Assembly: GCF_964355755.1 (NCBI RefSeq) | Contig: NC_092670.1 | Span: forward strand, 27,080,795 to 27,144,794 | Reading direction: 5' to 3' | Source of the DNA: Antedon mediterranea | Lineage: Eukaryota > Animalia > Echinodermata | Length of the DNA stretch: 64,000 nucleotides | Shown here: positions 13,821 through 26,465 of the stretch, piece by piece | Numbering within the stretch: the first letter of the stretch is position 1 | Layout: every line of letters starts with the position of its first letter | The notes under the pieces: generated by a model | Seen by the model: the letters and a program-made list of their open reading frames with translations, nothing else | Told to the model about the DNA's origin: nothing | Database searches by the model: none | Program-made: the position numbers and the translations under genes

Positions 13821-16342
13821 CTAGATGGCACGCTCGCTTCGCTCGCGTACCATCTAGGGGTGCTCACAGATGGTTCTCGAATAAAGTAGAATCCACGGAC
13901 GGGGACTTTTTTGGGACACTAAACAAAAACGGAAGTGTCCCCCTAATTGGGGTATTCAGAAATAGAGACAACAAAACCAATACTGGATTCCATAAAGGAC
14001 AATTAATTTATGTGGATTAAAGAAATTAGGGAGAAATGGAAATGTATGTACGGGAATTGGGCGGCGGCACGTGGTGGTGGTGATGGAACCGCAGTAATAA
14101 AGTTGATTGTATTTATATATTATAAGAACCAAACTAAATAAATAGACCTAGACATTCTGCGAAATGGAAATCGGAAATTCAAGCTCCTATTCAGTGAAAA
14201 ATTAAACTGTAGTCTACCTAAATATTTAGGGCAAATCATTGGTTGTGGTGTTGAACTTCCTGTAAACATTTGTGTGAACCAAACTGGGTCGAATTTCTGT
14301 CATGAGTACTGATTTGTTGGCCTGTGATTTATGACGCCTAAGGGATCTATCTAGACTTATTTTTTAGAATAATGTACGTACCTGTCAGATACAATTGTCT
14401 TGTGTCGTATAATAAATAAGTACTGTAATAGTTACTGAAGTTACTATTACAATCTCGTCAATGAAAACACGAAAATGTATATGCACTTACTTATGAAAAC
14501 GTATACAGTATTATACTCAGTTATTGAAACAGTAGGTTTAAAAAAGTTTTGTTTGTCTGTAAAATGATGTAATCAAGCTGTTTACATGAGTCTTAATTTA
14601 TAAGCACATCAATAATAAAATAGTTTATCTATCCTGTAATTGGCGAGATTATGGTCGCTGTTGAATGAAATAAAGCCAATCGGTATCATATTTGTACAGA
14701 AACGTTTTCGCGGCCGAAGGGTGTAACCTAAATTCGTTGTATTATCGTCAAGAACTAACTGTAACTAAACTTACATAGAAAGTAGGGTATCATAAATTTG
14801 GCCTTAGCACTCGGGGGAGTGGCTAAGATGAAGTCCGTGGGACTACTAAATATAAATTGTAATGAACCTCGAGGGACATAAATAGGAATATTTCATGTTT
14901 CATTATCAATGTATAATAAATGGAAACTGTTTACCGATTCAAATAATAGAAATTGGTTTTTAACATTTTCCGAACCTATTGCAAGTTTATTCTCAAAGGG
15001 CCCATATATTTACCTACCGTATGTGTTAAACCAAGGGCTCATAAATTTACCTACAGTACTTGTGTTAAACCAAACTGGATGTTCCATTCATCGCAAATCA
15101 ATACATTTGTATAATCGTATATTAAATCTATCAAAATAGTATTTTTTAAAGAAAATCGGCCTGTCTTCAACATTATGATGGTGTACTCTAGCAATCTATC
15201 AAAATAGTATTTTTAAAAGAAAATCGGCCTGTCTTCAACATTATGATGGTGTACTCTAGCTGTTCAACCGGTTTTCAGCTATTAAAAACAATTATCGTAG
15301 GAGGAGATAGGAAAATGTGAAGCCTCCTCGCTATGTAACATTAGGGTTGAGGGATGGGAAAGCGGATAGGTACAAAGAGGAACAATTTTTAAATATATTC
15401 TTTATCCACTGAGTAACGAAATATTTTGTTCATGTTTTATAGGCCTATAAATAATATACCTCTAAATACAGTAGGCCTAAAACATTTGCGATTTAATACT
15501 TTGTTAAAACTGTCACTGTCATAATCGATTGAAATATTAAAGTACATGTCACGATACACCACTACGACGTTTATATTTTTGGTAATTATTAATTAATACA
15601 AACGTTGAGAAGGAACTGTCAGTATAAAGTTTATTTGTATATCTAACAGTAGAGCCTATCCACAGTCTCAGTAATAAAGTTTATTTGTATATATTTTTAT
15701 ATTACATCTAACAGTACGAACATTCACAGTAAGAAATGTTCGATTCAAATGAAAAATAGTTTTGCAAGTTTATTCTCAAAGGGCCCATATATTTACCTAC
15801 CGTATGTGTTAAACCAAGGGCTCATAAATTTACCTACAGTACTTGTGTTAAACCAAACTCTGGCAGACTGAGAGATTGGGATGTTCCATTCATCGCAAAT
15901 CAATACATTTGTATAATCGTATATTAAATCTATCAAAATAGTATTTTTTAAAGAAAATCGGCCTGTCTTCAACATTATGATGGTGTACTCTAGCTGTTCA
16001 ACCGGTTTTCAGCTATTAAAAACAATTATCGTAGGAGGAGATAGAAAAATGCGAAGCCTCCTCGCATTTTTTTGGCGGGTATTTTTCAAGATGGACATCC
16101 ATTAGACAGTGTATACCACGATCGGAAAACACCCCTATTTGGGGCAAATCTTTTTTGAACCTAAATTCGTTTTAATCGTCAATAACTAATTATCTAACTC
16201 AATTTAATTAGTAAACAGGGTTACATCAGGCGGTTAAAATCAGTACCGAAAGTACGAACCAACTTTACATACCATCGAGTGAAAATTCTAGAAGTAAGGC
16301 GCGATTTACCGAATTTTGCCCTTACGTAAATTTATATATAGA
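13821..16342 (-). mobile_element. non-autonomous Helitron
   Basis: Minus-strand 5' TCTATATATAAA and 3' hairpin CTAGATGGTACGCGAGCGAAGCGAGCGTGCCATCTAG. Inserted at A|T with no TSD. The empty site TTATTTTAAA|TGTATT is visible in the sister element at ~54590. Internal ~300-bp direct repeat (14980-15330 vs 15764-16065). Confidence 0.92.
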
Positions 16343-16639
16343 TGTATTAATATAATACTGTAAAATAAATAATAAAATTAATATTATGACGATTAAAATG
16401 TTATGATGTTAAAATGTTGCACTGACCTTCAATGATTTGCCACTATACAGTTGTATTTATTAGGGCTTTAATATTCGTCTTTGGAAAATAAACTACTATT
16501 CATCAGAACCAGAGAATACAAATTCGTACAGGATAGGGCATAGGCAGATCCAGGTGGCCAAACTCAATCCACAACTCACTACACAGACAGACCACAATTT
16601 TTATATAGTTTGGCCCATACAGGAAAGAGTTTCCTGTAT

Positions 16640-17560
16640 ACAAAGGATTCTAAAATAACCCATGTGGATTTGCCCGAATGAACCCTCTAAGGACCCTTTT
16701 GGGATCTCTATGTGGTGTGCTACATAAGGCCCTGTATTATAAATTAGTATGGGGTAAATAGTTCATAGATGAACTATGGAATAAAACTAAATGTGCACCC
16801 TCAATCTTTAAATAACATTTATGGATTTCGATCCTTAAGAAAAATTTATGGATTTGCCCAAATTAACCCAAGGGCCGGTCCTCCATGGACATTAAGCCCC
16901 ATAATGGAAATATAATGGATGACACTGTGGCTTTATATAGACAGGCACAACCATGGAATAAAGCTGCCTGTGCACTCTCGATCCTTAAGGAACACTTATG
17001 GATTTGCCCAAATTAACCCAAGGGCGGTCCTCCATGGATGGACATTAAGCCCCATAATGGAAATATAATGGGTGACACTGTGGGTTTATATAGACAGGCA
17101 CATGGAATAAAGCTGCCTGTGCACTCTCGATCCTTAAGGAACACTTATGGATTTGCCCAAATTAACCCCCAAAGGCCGGTCCTCCATGGATGGACATTAA
17201 GCCCCATAATGGACATATAAGGGGTGACAATGTGGGTTTATATAGACGTCAGGCACATGGAATAAAGCTGCCTGTGCACTTTCGATCGGGCCTTAAGGAA
17301 CCGATTTGGATTTTGCCTAAAATGAAACAACAGCAGGTCATCTATTTAGACCCTTCTGTGGTTCTTTACTGTATGTTCAGTTCTACATTTGGCTCCTGTA
17401 TCGGATCAATGCATTTGGCTACATAAGTTACTGTGTTAGAAATATATCGAGTAACTAAAACTGTAGGTTACAATATTAAGCCATGGGAAAAGCCTGTCTG
17501 TGCACTCTCAATCCTTTTAAAAGGAACCCATATGGATTTGCCAAAATAAACCAAGTGTAA
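16640..17560. repeat. ~150-bp unit minisatellite
   Basis: Repeated ATGGATTTGCCCAAATTAACCC...GGACATTAAGCCCCATAATGG...CTGTGCACTCTCGATCCTTAAG. Three good units plus diverged flanking ones. Confidence 0.85.
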
Positions 17561-17576
17561 CTTCTGAATTCTCTAT

Positions 17577-18395
17577 AGCCCCTTTCTCACAGAGCTGAGT
17601 GCCAGGAATATTGCGGGAATATACCATTACCATGCCGGTATGGTTTTCTGTGAGAACGGGTCGTCTTGGCATCATGCCGGCACCATGCCGGCATCGACAT
17701 GACCTGCTTTAGACCTAGTAATATTCTAAGGATGTTCCCCGCAATGCCAGACGGGCATTCTGTGAGAACGTAACGCCGTTATATTCCGGGGTTCCCTGTC
17801 GAGGCTTCAGACACCTTGCGCGGTCAAGTGTATCACTTTGGCGCCGATTCAATTCAATTAATAACAATAATAATGTCGAACTGGAGGGATAATGAGATAA
17901 GAGAGCTGCTTAAAATAAGGGGACAAGAAGAAATTTGTAGCATAATCTATAGCAGGCCTAGGCCATACAGCTCTTTGTTGGTGCCCAACTAGCCTGACCC
18001 TTCGTCGCCTTGTAAATTGTACAGCCTTCTAAGGTGTTTTACAGATTGCCGATGACGGCTAATTAATTGCTGTACCTGTATAATATATGCACAATAAACT
18101 GTACATAGCATGTATTGCATAAATATGCTATAAAGGAAGATAATAATCTGTAACCTAACATTCGCCGCCATATATCCCTAGACAAAAATAATAACAATAA
18201 AGGACGCCCTCAATAATTATTTTGTCAGAGACTTTTTATTGGCCGAATATGCCCGACTCCTTTCTTACAGAAAGCCGGTATATACCGGTTATATTTCCGG
18301 CACGATAGATGAGAATGGGTATATGCCGGTAACGATACCAGCACGACGCCAGCACTGTACCGGTATATTGCAGACACATCTGTGAGAAAGGGGCT
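17577..18395. mobile_element. PIF/Harbinger deletion derivative
   Basis: 17-bp TIR AGCCCCTTTCTCACAGA. Plus-strand remnant MSNWRDNEIRELLKIRGQEEI (Myb/SANT-like) at ~17873 and a convergent ORF start at 18171. The TSD is not clean. Confidence 0.75.
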
Positions 18396-19914
18396 CAAGA
18401 GCCGTACATTCCGTTTATTGGAGATTCATGGATACCTGATTGAAATTGCACAAATATTTCTGAAAGACATTGTACTGTATAGTATAGTAATAGTATTATT
18501 CCCCTTCCACACCTCTTTGAATTAAATCCGCCCTGATAGGCTCTTATGTACAGGATTTAAAGGCAATAATCACACTTGTATTTTTCAAACAGTATAATCT
18601 ATTAGATTGAATAAAAATATCTATTATAAACAATTTGCCGTTAGAAATCTCTATGCCATGTCGTTATTTCGATGAGAAAAACAGGTCAAAGGTTAAAATT
18701 ACAGAAAAACAGGTGTTTCAGTCACTTTTTGAAAAAAAGTTGCATTATGGCAAGTATAAACATATATATTGTGAACAATTTGACACCACAATTGGCTTCT
18801 TACGACAAATATTTATTAATTTATGTTTTTATAACCTTATTCAATTATGTCAAAGGTTAATAACCACACTTCCGGTCATTTTCAAGCAATATCATCTGTT
18901 ATACTGAATATAAATGTATATCTTGGGAACAATTTGCTCCTATTTTTAATTCTCTCCGACCTGCCGTTACTTAGATATAGCAAAAAGAGGTCAAAGGTCA
19001 AAATTGCTAACAATGGGGTTTCCGGTCAATTTTTCAAAGAAATTTCTGTTAGAGCTAATATAAACATATACATTGTGAACAATTTGACACCAAAATTATC
19101 TCACTACGTTCAGAATTTCCAGAGATATAGCATGTTTTTATATTGGCCAATTTTGAACTTTGACCCCTTATATCTCGAAAACGCTTCCTATCCTGATTGA
19201 TTACCTTCCATATTCGTAATCTACGGAAAATTCTGGTCTAGAAAAGTAGGATGGCAATTTGTCCCCTTTCAGGTGGTGATATCCCCCTCCTGCCACCGGA
19301 CTATTTTATTGTTTTTGCTCTTTCTACAAATCTACATACACATGCAACTATGTCCGATTTCACTCGCATGTCCCACATATTGTAAGCCTCCTCGTGATGT
19401 TATTGGTGGTTTAAACAATTACCTAGACCCAATGGAGAAATTTTGCCATAACCGACTTGTCAAAGCAATGTTAGTTGCCTATTCAAGAAGTCAAGATGTA
19501 GAACATCTGGAAAGCGTTAAGCAGAGAAGGTTAAGTGGAGTAGAGAAAGCCAGGAACACCAGATTAAATTCTAAGGAGAAGGAAGATATTAAAGAGAATG
19601 CGGACGAAGAAGATTTCTGTTTGTGCCATTGGTAAAACATTCTTTTAATTCATTTTACTCTTATGTGTTCGGATTAGACCAATAATAATATTACAAAAAA
19701 TAGGCCTAAATACTAATAAAATGAACGCTATTGCATCTGGGTGCAAATACATTGATGTTAAAATGATTAAACTACCAAATTACCTTTAGTTGACAGTTTA
19801 CCATTAGATAAACACCACTTGATAAAACAAAAATTGCTATGTCGATATTTAGACCGATGAATGACTATACATAATACATCTCACTTATTGCACCGGTAAT
19901 GAAAACTGTAATCC

Positions 19915-20420
19915 AATTATTTTTTTATTTTATTTCAACAATATTTTACGAGGGTGGTCCATCCAGCCGAAGCTGATCATTAGGGACCCTCACAGAAATA
20001 CATCATGACAAGATATAAACATGTAACAATAAAAATTAAATTAAAATAAATATAATTTATAAAGATAAAATAAAGCACAAACAATTTAGAATCAAAAATT
20101 AAATACATTAAATTAAATTGGCCCTCTCATTGCCTAATATGGTAGGTGCTGCACTGCTGGCTGCCGTGGGTCCGTGGAGGGCCTAATCCGAATTTCCTCA
20201 CTGAGGACAAATATTAATACAAAATACAAAAAAGGAAGTAACTAAACAAGAAGATGGTTCTTGAGCAGAAATTTGAAGGAACAGTAAGATGAAGCAAGTG
20301 GGATATAAGGAAGAGAATTAAAAAAGTAGGAGCATTGACCTAAAAGACTGTTTGAAAAGGTCTGGGTATAAGGAGATCACTGTTAGTGATCGGCCGTGTG
20401 GCCATGCGCCAATGACACAT
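19915..20420 (-). mobile_element. CR1/L2-like LINE 3' fragment
   Basis: Minus-strand 3' hairpin (GATCAGCTTCGGCTGGATG) followed by an AATAAA/A-rich tail. A degraded RT C-terminus lies upstream. Confidence 0.55.
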
Positions 20421-21423
20421 TGTATGAATATCCCGCCATAAAATCATTTGTTATTAATTCATTATTTTACAGTCGAAAATTTGGGAAAATGGTCATGTTA
20501 CATGCATTCAACGTTGGTTCCACTACGAGTGTGTAGGAGTTAAACGGAAACCAAGGGAAACCTGGTACTACAGTTGCAGTTTCTTACGTCTAGTCTATTA
20601 TTTTTTTACCAATCAATGCCCATTATTATGTTTATATCAGTAATAATGGATAATAAATTTAAATATTGTAATGTGTGTTTAATTACGAGGTAGGTGTACA
20701 GAGCTTGAAATTATCAATCTGTGTCCATCAGGTCCTTTCAACGTAAATCTGACGAAATTTGTTTTAATGCCACATTTAGGCTAATACCTAAACAACGAGT
20801 GTTATAAAAACGTTGACGTTACTGTATATATAATTGAAGTTAACGATGTGGTATATTTGGATTTTCATGTTATGTTATAAGCTTTGTTGAAGATTAAGCT
20901 GAATTATCGTAATGGCTCCTTGAAATAGAAAATTTATAATTATTAATTGTAAACCGAAAAAAGGTACAGGTAGGTTAAGGCCATAACTAGTGTAGGCCTA
21001 TTTTGTTAAAAAATGTTAATTGCTTTTTTTTTTTATCTTTTATGGGTCTCTCCCATCTTTATTCATTCAATAATGTATACAAAAATTCATTATTATATAA
21101 TATAATAAAATAATATTATAGAACAAGTTGTTAATATAAGACAGCACACAAACCATCTTTTTATAGTACTGTATACAAATATTGCACATACATTAAAATA
21201 AACTTTATAATATTATACCTTACTGGGGTACAACCGCAGATTCCTGTACTAAACTTCAAAGAACACAAAATAAAGTAATTAGATTCATCTTAGGGAAACA
21301 TAATAGATACCATATCACCAAAGACGATTATACTTTTCTTGGTTTATTAGATGTTAAAACCAGGGCCGAACAAACGACACTACAACACGTACAGACAATA
21401 TATACAAAAAGTTGTCCAGACTT

Positions 21424-21840
21424 CAGCCCGCGAAATTCACCTCAGCATTCGGCAATGCCGAGGTAAATGCCGAGGTCCTGCTAGCTTACCACGGCATTGA
21501 TTTGCCGAGGCTTTTTAAATTTATTTAGGCCTTGGATTGGAGTACAACCAAGGCTACCACATACACAGCAAATAAATAGTTTTACAGTTTTTCAAATTTA
21601 CCTTCGTTACAAGTGAATTAAATATATCTTAAAATATTTGTACGTCGGAGTTATTATTAGGCCTACACTGGTTTTATTTTACACACAAGATAGGGCCGGA
21701 GAGAGAAGAGGCGAGGCCAGCGACCGCTTCGCCGTTTACAACAACAACGAACGTAACCACGCTCAGCTAGCTCTCTCTATCGTCGCGTGTGATGTGAGTT
21801 TAGTGAGGCATGACAAATCACCTGACCAACTGTTACTTGG
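21424..21840. mobile_element. one-ended copy of the CAGCCC-terminated MITE at 51075-51752
   Basis: Reverse complement of ~51355-51752. Begins at the TIR CAGCCCGCGAAATT. Confidence 0.85.
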
Positions 21841-22430
21841 TAGATTCCGGTTTTTCTGCTGCGATCATTTTATTTCTTAAGAAGTCATACTACAATTGTT
21901 GATTACTTTTATCAATTTTTATAGGAACATGTAGCGTTTGAAGTTGTAATATGAATTAACAGTCAATAAATATTTAAAAACATTATAGTTGTATTGTCAG
22001 TTTATTTCTTATTTCATCTCGTAATACGTGGTTACGAGATTATTGTGAGATACGAGCCTAGCGCATGCGTAGAGCAGTAAGCAAGTACATGCAGTTTTCT
22101 TGAACGTTTCTTGCACTCCAAAGAGGAAGAAACTTACAAAATATACATAATTAGCGTAGGAAATCAACGAAGTTGCGGACCAATCACAAATTTAAACTTT
22201 TGGGGTTGTTTGCTGAAGTCTGTTTAAAAATTTTACGCTCAATTAGCTGACATAAATCCAAAACAATTTGTCGATACCCAGGTTGGTTTTTACACAGTGT
22301 GGCAGGCAATTCGCGCCATTCGACATCATCCGTGTGTGGCCTGTCATCGTCTGGGGAAGGAATTGTGTTCCGCGGAGCACCCCAACCAAGGCCGTTGTTG
22401 GCGTACACGTAAGTACAGTCAGTATCAAAA

Positions 22431-23607
22431 ATGTCGGCAGACGATAGACAAGAGTCTGTATTGACAGATGCATTAGACCTTGGCTTAGACCTAGGTGCAC
22501 CTATAGAGGTGGAACAATATAATCATGCTTGCATGAAAGAGTTTTTGTCTGAAGAAAAGTCAAATACAAAACGCAATGCCAGCAGTAGTGGCAGTGTGTC
22601 TAAAATGAAAAAAAGTGAAACGGTCGAATAATGAGGTGGCCGGGTTGGAAAGCAGAATGACTGCTATTGAAAAATCGTTGGAAAAACAAGAATATTCAAA
22701 TGCGAATCTATGTCACATGTTACAGGAAATAGCCTATAACACTGGCAGTACACAGTACTATGATTATGATGATGATGAGAGTCCTCCCACAGGGAGTGAA
22801 TTCAATTCTGACCCTAAAGATAAAGATGGTGACCAGCACCTGTCTCCCACAGGGAGTGAAAGCAACAAGGCCACTGGCCCAATATTTGCAAGCCGATTTA
22901 AGGCGACCAGACCCACAGGGTCAAATATTAATGAAGGATTGGCTCAAAGTGTTAGTTTACTGATTTCTGAAAAATTGGAAGATGATAAAATTAATGATAC
23001 AATCTATAAATACCCACGACCAGCCAACCTAGAAAACCTGGTAGTACCAAAGGTTAACCCTATTATATGGGATAATATTTCAGCTGCATCAAAGTCATCG
23101 GACTTGAAAATACAACGGGTGCAGAGAAGCATGGTTGGGGCTATTTCAGCCATGGTGAATCAACAAGAAAGCGAACCTTCCTCAACAAAGGAAGATATAA
23201 TAGCATTGATGGCACATGCCAACTTTGAACTAAGTCTAATCAGACGTGAGAATTTAAAACCTGAATTGGATGAAAAATACAAGCAGGCGCTGTGTAAGGC
23301 GTCCATTCCGGTCTCCACATTGTTATTTGGAGATGATTTGGCAAAAAGAGTCAAAGACATGAAAGACAAAATCCAAACTGTAACTAAAAGACAACCCTAT
23401 AATGTGTACCGGGGTTCCCAATTCAGAGGAAGAGTCATGAACAGGGGTAGAGGAACTTGGCGGTTTAACCCTTATGAAGGAACTAGAGGCCGTGGATACT
23501 CTAGGGGTCCTTTTTTAGGACAACCTCTCAGGAGAGGACAGTGGTCAAGCCACAAGAAACCATTCACAAAATCCAAAGCCCCGTTGAAAACACAAGAAAA
23601 GAAATAA
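22431..23607 (+). pseudogene. DIRS gag-like ORF1 with a probable frameshift at the A-run near 22610
   Basis: YPRPANLENLVVPKVNPIIW...DLKIQRVQ...RRENLKPEL...LLFGDDL and an RG-rich tail are typical of DIRS1 ORF1. Confidence 0.85.
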
Positions 23608-23609
23608 CT

Positions 23610-25501
23610 AATGAGGTAAGTATATACTTAAATCCCAATCAGTTTATTGGGGGACAGATAAGAAAATATGAATCAGAGTGGAATAAATACACTTCTGATC
23701 AGATTGTGCTTAATATTATCAAGGGATACCAGTTGGAATTTTGTAACTCTCCACCAATTCAGGAGAGGATTCCATATCCCTATAAGTTAAACTACCATGA
23801 GGTTAGTGCTGTGGATAATGAGATATTATCCCTAATCAAAAAACAGGTGATTGAAAGGGCCACTCCTGAGGACCACGAATTCATTTCTAACATAAGAAAT
23901 ATGGGGGAATCCAAATGATCCTAGATCTATCAAAACTAAATGAGTACATTGTTTACCATCATTTTAAGATGGATTCCTTGGAACAAGCTATTAACCTTGT
24001 TACAAAAAATTGCTTTTTTGCCTCCTTGGATTTAAAAGATGCTTATTATTCAATACCAATTCACCAATCATTTAGGAAATACCTTCGCTTTCTCTGGAAG
24101 GGAGAGAAATGGCAATTTAAAGCATTGCCAAATGGCTTAACATCAGGTCCAAGGATCTTTACTAAAATTCTTAAAGTGCCAATGTCCATCATCAGGAGTA
24201 TCGGTCACGAGATAGTAGCATATATTGATGATACACTCGTCATTGCAGAAACGCAATCTACTGCTAAACAAGCAGTATCAGATACTGTTCGGATGCTACA
24301 ACAATTGGGTTTTGTAATTCATCCTACCAAGTCTGTTCTAATTCCTACTCATAAAATTGAATTTCTTGGGTTTGTCATTGACTCCAGTCTCATGACAATT
24401 ACATTAACTCAACGCAAAATTGAACAAATTACTGAATTTTCCAAACAAATAATGACGTCAAAGAGAATAACAATTCGACAATTGGCATGTTATATTGGGA
24501 AAGTAGTAGCATCATTTCCTGGGGCAGAGTATGGGAAGTTACATTATAGAGAATTAGAAAGAGAGAAAATTAAATATCTTGCCATAAATAGAGGTAATTT
24601 TGAAGCAAAAATAAAGATCAGTATATGTGCCAGAGAAGAAGCTAGATGGTGGTATATGAATGTCGGCCAGGTAGTTAGAAATATTCATAGACAAAATCCA
24701 GGTTTAACACTAGAGTCCGATGCTAGTGGATTAGGATGGGGTGGTTCTAATGGAATTACTCATATTGGAGGTCGTTGGGGACCAGTTGACATTGACCAGG
24801 ACTCTATATTTAATATAAATCAATTGGAACTAAAAGCAGCGTTCTTAATGCTACAATCATTTTGTAATTCAAAAAGAGATATTCATGTAAGACTAAAACT
24901 AGATAACACTACAGCAATTGCATATATTAATAATATGGGAGGCACTAAATCGAAAAAATGTAATGATTTAGCAAAAAATCTATGGGAATGGTGTATTCAA
25001 CGTAACATATGGGTAACTGCTGTGCACTTACCTGGCCTGCAGAATATTGTGGCAGATAAAATGTCCCGACAGTTTGAAGATGAATTGGAGTGGAAACTTG
25101 ATCCAAAAATATTCCTGAAACTGAATGAATTACAGGGACAGGCTGATATTGACCTGTTTGCCTCTCGCTTGAATACACAATTACCAAAATATGTGTCTTG
25201 GTACCCTGACCCAGGGGCAATAGATGTGGATGCATTCTCATTGAATTGGAATAGACTTAACTTTTATGCCTTTCCTCCATTTTGTGTCGTAGGAAGGTGT
25301 ATTCAAAAAATTATCAAAGATAAAGCAGAGGGAATTTTAATTGTCCCTAACTGGCCAACCCAGGCATGGTTTGCTAAACTACTAAAGATTTTAATTGATA
25401 ATCCTATTGTGGTACCAAAAGCAAAAAACCTCCTTACATTTAATAGTTGGTGTGAACAAAACCCATCCTTTATCACACAAATTACAACTATTATCTTGTA
25501 G
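23610..25501 (+). pseudogene. DIRS RT, RNase H and N6-adenine methyltransferase-like domain (frameshift/deletion near 23900)
   Basis: LDLKDAYYSIP, LPNGLTSGPRIFTK, YIDD, ESDASGLGWG, INQLEL, DNTTA, ADKMSR, IDLFASRLN, YAFPPF. Confidence 0.93.
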
Positions 25502-26465
25502 ATTATCAGGGGATCATTCAAAAGCAGAGGTGTACCGGATGCAGCAGTCAACATCTTACTGGCATCTTGGCTGACAGCAACCAAATCACAATATGGATCC
25601 TACATTAATAGATGGTGTGACTTTTGTAGTGAACAACAGAGTAATCCGTTGCAACCAGATTTAAATAATGTATTACTATTTCTCACAAATCTTTTTGAAA
25701 GTGGGATAGGTTAGTGCACTCAATACAGCAAGGAGTGCATTATCATCTTTTGTTACTCTTGAGGGGAATATCCCAATTAGTAATCATCCATTAGTGTCTC
25801 GATTCATGAAAGGCGTATTTAATCTTAAACCACCTCAACCAAGATATAATGATATATGGAATGCAGGTGATTTGCTGAAATATCTTCGAACATTACAGCC
25901 TACTTGTGAGCTCAGGTTACGGGACTTAACTTATAAACTTGTAGCATTAATAACACTGATTACAGCTAGCCGAATCCAGACAGTTCATTTACTACGTATA
26001 GATAATATGATTATTGAGAATGATTATGTTGAATTTAGAATAAATGAGTTAATCAAACAAAGTAGACCAGGCTACCATGGCCAAAGGATTCGTTTAGATG
26101 CCTATCAGGCTGAGGATAATTTGTGCATAGTAAATGTGTTAAAGTGTTATTTAGCAAAGACCGCATTGTTACGCAAAGATGAACAGCAGTTACTTATTAG
26201 TTATAGAAAACCTCATGATAAGGTTTCAAAAGATACCATAGCAAGGTGGATAAAAACAATTTTATTAAACTCTGGAATTGATAGTAAATACAAACCACAT
26301 TCAGTGAGGGCAGCGGCGGCGTCCGCTGCTAATACTAAGAGTGTGCCAGTTACCCAAATTATGCTAAATGCGGGCTGGACGAGTGAACACACGTTTCGAA
26401 AATTTTATAATAAACCAGTTTTGGTAGAAAATTCAGAGTTTCAGGAGGCTATTCTTAAGATGTAG
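25502..26465 (+). pseudogene. DIRS tyrosine recombinase (N-terminal part frameshifted, 25794-26465 open)
   Basis: SRFMKGVFNLKPPQPRY, TASR, HSVRAAAAS, AGWTSEHTFRKFY give the R-HxxR-W-Y catalytic set. Confidence 0.92.

Larger units (their letters stand above)
12710..19303. mobile_element. Academ-like non-autonomous DNA transposon carrying nested elements
   Basis: ~160-bp TIRs starting TAGTCCGGTGGCAGGAGGGGGA and ending TCCCCCTCCTGCCACCGGACTA. TTT on both flanks. TAG...CTA termini with a short TSD are the Academ signature. Confidence 0.8.
6900..20580 (+). pseudogene. decayed large gene, putative Zator/TP36-like DDE transposase with C-terminal PHD finger, broken by later insertions
   Basis: Collinear plus-strand fragments: TDAWRRTCVFTLDGN (~9900), TSRRARKG (~10090), LNRDDVPGYRLDT (~10180), TDYVN, IDCIRVDGTSDEG (~10525), GGSYLNRVE..NGCLS..NMFIPST (~10650), PDP..C..C..CNGHF (~11036), CKPP..HLESVKQRR..FCLC (19380-19630), WFHYECVGVKRKPRETWY (~20515). 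Boundaries are approximate and no termini were found. Confidence 0.65.

Noticed and set aside
20473-20580. Exon of a host ING/YNG2 gene
   Set aside because: It is degraded, no ING N-terminal domain is visible, and it is collinear with the transposase-like remnants.
25502-26465. Phage integrase or bacterial contamination
   Set aside because: The recombinase and methyltransferase-like domains are in standard DIRS order between DIRS termini.
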